A stretch of DNA of 64,000 bases from NCBI GenBank assembly GCA_976551045.1, contig CDPCPM010000022.1:1798001-1862000 (forward strand), given 5' to 3'. Below, piece by piece: positions 62,901 to 64,000 of this stretch (its first letter is position 1; every line of letters starts with the position of its first letter). This DNA comes from Glaucostegus cemiculus. Lineage: Eukaryota. The translations under genes and the position numbers were made by a program. Below the pieces are notes generated by a model. It was not told the origin of the DNA. It did no database searches and saw nothing but the letters and a program-made list of their open reading frames with translations.

Positions 62901-63609
62901 TCTCTACAATTCTGTGGTGTGCGACTTGAATCAACAACCATCTGACTCAGAGGCAAGGCATTGTGTGGTGTACTAACTCATTCCAGTTGCTAAACAGTAC
63001 TTGGGAATTGAAGTAAACATGTTGAAATGCTTTTGAATTCTGTCATCCAGAAATATCACCCATTGTGTTATCTGGAGCAACCTCTAAAAGCTGATCATGC
63101 TTTGAGCAGTGTAAATTGCACCATGGTATTGAATAAAAAGCTTTTGCTATATCCAAGTAATTTTCACTATAAGAGTACTCAATTTTACAAATCAAAAAAA
63201 TCATGTATATGCTGAGGTATGGCGTTTGAGCTGTAGTTCTTCTAAATCTTTTTTTTTTTGGTGTTCAATAGGAGTAGTTCAAGTCGTGAAAGAAGTGAAA
63301 AAGGTGAGCGTGAGCGAGGAGACCGGTTTGAAAGAAGTGAACGTTACGAGAGAAGTGAGAAGAGTGATCGGTTTGAAAGAATTGAACGCAGTGAAAAAGG
63401 TGACAAGAGTGACAAAAGCGATCGTGTTGAGAAATCTGAGAAGAGTGACCGCAACAGACCTCCACTTACTAAGAGAAGCTATAGCAAAGAAGTAGATGAC
63501 CGAAGCAGGGAAAGGGAACGGCGAAACTCTCAAGAGCCAGTAAGACGTGTAGCCAGCATGACTGAAGAAAGAGATAGAGGACATGCAAGAGATCGAAGTA
63601 AAGAGCCTG
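8860..63609 (+). CDS. eif4g1: eIF4G1, multi-exon CDS span (22 coding exons seen, 3' end beyond the window)
   Basis: The spliced translation [12 protein letters not shown]...MNTQPQPRQ...[26 protein letters not shown]...YDREFLL...[18 protein letters not shown]...NRFSALQQ is collinear with vertebrate EIF4G1. The MNK start and the SASRVQS and [17 protein letters not shown] segments favour eif4g1 over eif4g3. All exon phases join. Confidence 0.95.
9024..9113 (+). CDS. eif4g1: coding exon 2 ([30 protein letters not shown])
   Basis: ttttttag| acceptor and CAG|gtaagg donor; 90 nt, phase 0/0. Confidence 0.93.
11800..14200 (-). mobile_element. highly degraded CR1 LINE remnants (approximate bounds)
   Basis: Residual RT-region phrases, including the minus-strand ORF ...[16 protein letters not shown] at 13118-13330. 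Confidence 0.5.
15022..15204 (+). CDS. eif4g1: coding exon 3 ([17 protein letters not shown]...GPYYVPSQ)
   Basis: ttctgtag| acceptor. Homology ends at CAG|gcaaga, a GC donor; 183 nt. Confidence 0.9.
16581..16674 (+). CDS. eif4g1: coding exon 4 ([31 protein letters not shown])
   Basis: ttttacag| acceptor and G|gtaaga donor; 94 nt, phase 0/1. Confidence 0.92.
17441..17538 (-). mobile_element. antisense tRNA-SINE head, 3'-truncated, with clustered A>G changes on the + strand
   Basis: The minus strand GGGGCAGGCACTGTAGCGCAGCGGCTAGCACAACGCCACCACAGCGCCAGC...GGCCACTGTCCACGAGGAGCCTGCACGCT aligns with the SINE heads at 25416 and 30006. Confidence 0.85.
17974..18840 (+). mobile_element. CR1 LINE 3' fragment with a nested same-family tail
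   Basis: ORF ...[36 protein letters not shown] (CR1 RT C-terminus) and a 3' tail ending gtactgtgctgttatgatctat. Confidence 0.92.
19115..19418 (-). mobile_element. degraded V-SINE with CR1-like tail
   Basis: ggggaaatttacagtcgccaattaact...gggaggaattcagagcacccagagaaaacac is the antisense V-domain. Confidence 0.6.
21590..22200 (-). mobile_element. degraded CR1 LINE 3' fragment
   Basis: cccttgagtctgctctgccattcagtaaggtcaaggctgat...gaattccaaagatttcacaccctctg...aaggccaataatacca are antisense CR1 phrases. Confidence 0.65.
24270..24755 (-). mobile_element. degraded CR1 LINE 3' fragment containing a 34-bp tandem duplication
   Basis: ggccctttggtccaccatg...cctgcctccaccaccacc...ccaggcagtgttctgctaaatctctacaccctc. 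Confidence 0.65.
25396..25676 (+). mobile_element. V-domain tRNA-derived SINE, near full length, with duplicated head
   Basis: A/B-box-like tagcgtagtggtta and ggttcgattcc, V core gtgggtttcctccgggtgctccggtttcctcccacatt, AT-rich tail. Confidence 0.9.
25763..25878 (+). CDS. eif4g1: coding exon 5 ([11 protein letters not shown]...PPKRERKQ), start of the PABP-binding site
   Basis: ctcttcag| acceptor and CAG|gtaggc donor; phase 1/0. Confidence 0.93.
28700..28890 (-). mobile_element. short CR1 3' fragment
   Basis: ggagtaggccatt...gggtagacaattccaaagattcactgccctctgagtgaagaa. Confidence 0.6.
29480..29572 (+). CDS. eif4g1: coding exon 6 ([31 protein letters not shown]), PABP-binding site
   Basis: tttcatag| acceptor and CAG|gcaagt GC donor; 93 nt. 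Confidence 0.95.
30006..30298 (+). mobile_element. V-domain tRNA-derived SINE, full length
   Basis: Head gggcaggcacagtggtgtagcggttagc, V core, tail atttcaccgtgtgtttcgatgtacatgtgactaata. An antisense copy of this tail lies at about 42500-42548. Confidence 0.9.
30310..31000 (-). mobile_element. degraded Penelope-like element fragment
   Basis: ttacctgaaattgttaaatc...gaaggttgaaagtgcccaagcaaaagatgatatgctgttccttgagtttgc resembles the antisense end of a PLE ORF. Tentative. Confidence 0.45.
31757..32349 (-). mobile_element. CR1 LINE 3' fragment
   Basis: gaccataagacatagg tail; minus-strand [51 protein letters not shown]. Confidence 0.9.
33380..33915 (+). mobile_element. degraded CR1 3' fragment
   Basis: acaaggatgcta...gaatagactgaggtggctg...ttttaacccagagggtg...gctgaatagtctccatttgtgttg. 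Confidence 0.6.
34380..34461 (+). CDS. eif4g1: coding exon 7 ([27 protein letters not shown])
   Basis: ataacag| acceptor and G|gtaagt donor; QANGE motif as in EIF4G1. Confidence 0.9.
35206..36204 (+). CDS. eif4g1: coding exon 8, large acidic and Pro-rich exon containing an assembly gap
   Basis: ttccatag| acceptor, [14 protein letters not shown]...TNDNSMQ, donor G|gtattg. The frame is preserved across the N run, but continuity through the gap is not proven. Confidence 0.8.
35810..36146. other. assembly gap (337 N)
   Basis: Run of N characters. Confidence 1.
36378..36793 (+). mobile_element. CR1 LINE 3' end
   Basis: ggactttattccttggagtgtagaagaatgaggggagatttgata...gtgctgtagtgttctatggttcta tail. 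Confidence 0.88.
37230..39055 (+). mobile_element. long degraded CR1 LINE interrupted by a MITE
   Basis: RT-region phrases gttggaaagatgctagagtctataatcaagga, aagtttgctgctgatgcaaa and gtgaggccatgcctagagtactgtgcacag. Confidence 0.75.
38291..38532. mobile_element. Tc1/mariner-superfamily (Tigger/pogo-like) MITE, copy 1
   Basis: Interrupts the CR1 at gaagTA|...|TAttgtta (TA duplication) and shares its 3' part with 61555-61767. Confidence 0.65.
39254..39345 (+). CDS. eif4g1: coding exon 9 ([31 protein letters not shown])
   Basis: cttttag| acceptor with an in-frame alternative cag at 39259; GAG|gtattt donor. Confidence 0.93.
40450..41450 (+). mobile_element. degraded CR1 LINE
   Basis: gtggattttgtgtatttggatttattgaaggcttt and ggccttgctgaggccacacctgga. 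Confidence 0.65.
41516..41705 (+). CDS. eif4g1: coding exon 10 ([10 protein letters not shown]...[10 protein letters not shown]...KYQYKE)
   Basis: ttctgcag| acceptor and G|gtgagt donor; conserved ETWEEKEDK motif. Confidence 0.93.
43120..43430 (+). mobile_element. degraded Penelope-like terminal fragment
   Basis: tgaagggtttttgacctaaaatgtc...gatgttgcgtgacctgctgagtgtttcca is related to the element at 1930-2065. Confidence 0.55.
44323..44456 (+). CDS. eif4g1: coding exon 11 with the eIF4E-binding motif YDREFLL (44361-44381)
   Basis: Translates [45 protein letters not shown]; AAG|gtatgt donor. Confidence 0.97.
48943..49059 (+). CDS. eif4g1: coding exon 12 ([39 protein letters not shown])
   Basis: tatacag| acceptor and CCA|gtaagt donor; 117 nt. 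Confidence 0.94.
50783..50956 (+). CDS. eif4g1: coding exon 13 ([21 protein letters not shown]...AWKPS...KTQ)
   Basis: tttttag| acceptor and CAG|gtagcc donor; 174 nt. Confidence 0.94.
52265..52462 (+). CDS. eif4g1: coding exon 14, MIF4G start ([18 protein letters not shown]...MCRCLTT)
   Basis: Canonical MIF4G N-terminal sequence; ACT|gtaagt donor; 198 nt. Confidence 0.97.
52995..53141 (+). CDS. eif4g1: coding exon 15, MIF4G ([28 protein letters not shown]...)
   Basis: ttaacag| acceptor and ATG|gtaatg donor; 147 nt. Confidence 0.96.
57044..57280 (+). CDS. eif4g1: coding exon 16, MIF4G ([19 protein letters not shown]...[12 protein letters not shown])
   Basis: atttcag| acceptor and AAA|gtaagc donor; 237 nt. 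Confidence 0.97.
57388..57492 (+). CDS. eif4g1: coding exon 17, MIF4G end ([35 protein letters not shown])
   Basis: tttatag| acceptor and CAA|gtgagt donor; 105 nt. Confidence 0.97.
58014..58179 (+). CDS. eif4g1: coding exon 18 ([22 protein letters not shown]...[10 protein letters not shown])
   Basis: tttccag| acceptor and G|gtaagt donor. Confidence 0.95.
58245..59047 (+). mobile_element. Rex1/Babar-like (L2-group) LINE 3' fragment
   Basis: [31 protein letters not shown]...[18 protein letters not shown] is typical of the Rex1/Babar RT C-terminus; tail taaagtaacttgaac. Confidence 0.8.
59536..59639 (+). CDS. eif4g1: coding exon 19 ([35 protein letters not shown])
   Basis: tctgtag| acceptor and AAG|gtaaga donor; GWNTVP motif. 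Confidence 0.95.
59757..59862 (+). CDS. eif4g1: coding exon 20 ([35 protein letters not shown])
   Basis: taaatag| acceptor and G|gtaact donor. Confidence 0.95.
60287..60585 (+). mobile_element. older V-SINE
   Basis: gacctgagttcgagt B-box-like segment, then ctgcatggggttccactgggagctctggtttactcccacttcccaaggac V core. Confidence 0.7.
61294..61396 (+). CDS. eif4g1: coding exon 21 ([35 protein letters not shown])
   Basis: cctttag| acceptor; NRFSALQQ motif; AG|gcaagt GC donor, phase 2, matching the next exon. Confidence 0.93.
61555..61767. mobile_element. Tigger/pogo-like MITE, copy 2
   Basis: Imperfect terminal inverted repeats CAGGTGGCCCC / GGGATCACTTG followed by TA; internal similarity to 38291-38532. 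Confidence 0.65.
62048..62760 (-). mobile_element. young 5'-truncated CR1 LINE
   Basis: Uninterrupted 156-aa minus-strand ORF ([11 protein letters not shown]...[20 protein letters not shown]...), retained CpGs, and an atagaacatag tail. Confidence 0.95.
63272..63609 (+). CDS. eif4g1: coding exon 22, Arg/Glu/Ser/Asp-rich linker ([10 protein letters not shown]...KRSYSKE...[12 protein letters not shown])
   Basis: tcaatag| acceptor and G|gtaagt donor; 338 nt, phase 2/1. Confidence 0.94.
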
Positions 63610-64000
63610 GTAAGTAATCAGACTTTGATACTTTTAACAGGAACGTTGCCAGTGTTGCCTTTGTGGGTAAATTTTTTAAGCTATGTACTATATCATGTAT
63701 TTATTTGGTGCTTACTGAGAGTACTATATGAAACAGTTTCAGTTTCTTGTATTCTAGAAGTTAATACAGGACAACTTGCTCCTTTCCAGAATTGCATATT
63801 TTTAGGCTGTGCCCACATTGAGGATGTTATTAACAATGAGGTTAACAGCTGCTTTGGTGCCAAAGCTACTGTCCACTGCTGGGCCTTCATTTCTTGAGTT
63901 CAACTTGTGAAATTCTTACTAACTTTGCACAGTGATTACCCACTTCTGCTCGTATCCAACTTTTTAAAAATCACCTTTTTCATAGGTTTAAGTATGTGAG

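Noticed and set aside
44457-64000. Intronic box C/D snoRNA SNORD66, hosted by EIF4G1 in mammals
   Set aside because: I looked for the recalled guide GTGTC(C/T)GGGCC followed by CTGA near a C box and found none by eye. TGATGA-like hits such as the one near 54845 lack the guide and terminal stem. An Infernal/Rfam scan would settle it.

Overview
Vertebrate genomic DNA, AT-rich and mostly intronic. Its repeats (CR1 LINE tails, V-domain tRNA-SINEs, Penelope-like ends) point to a cartilaginous fish (shark or ray); the taxon is an inference. The window lies inside one + strand gene, eif4g1 (translation initiation factor 4 gamma 1). I traced 22 coding exons by hand from the ATG at 8860 to 63609. They give 3940 nt (about 1313 codons) with every splice phase consistent, counting a 337-N gap inside coding exon 8. 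They cover the PABP-binding site, the eIF4E-binding YDREFLL motif, the whole MIF4G domain and the following linker. The promoter, first exon, MA3 and W2 domains lie outside the window. The main oddities are: (1) an antisense SINE head at 17441-17538 with 14 clustered, strand-specific A>G changes resembling ADAR hyper-editing fixed in DNA; (2) three GC-AG introns; (3) a 5' leader with a candidate extra exon and a uORF whose stop overlaps the main ATG; (4) a decayed Penelope-type hammerhead ribozyme; (5) nested repeat insertions. Most ORFs in the supplied track are spurious or LINE fragments. Comparisons with human sequences are from memory and were not aligned.
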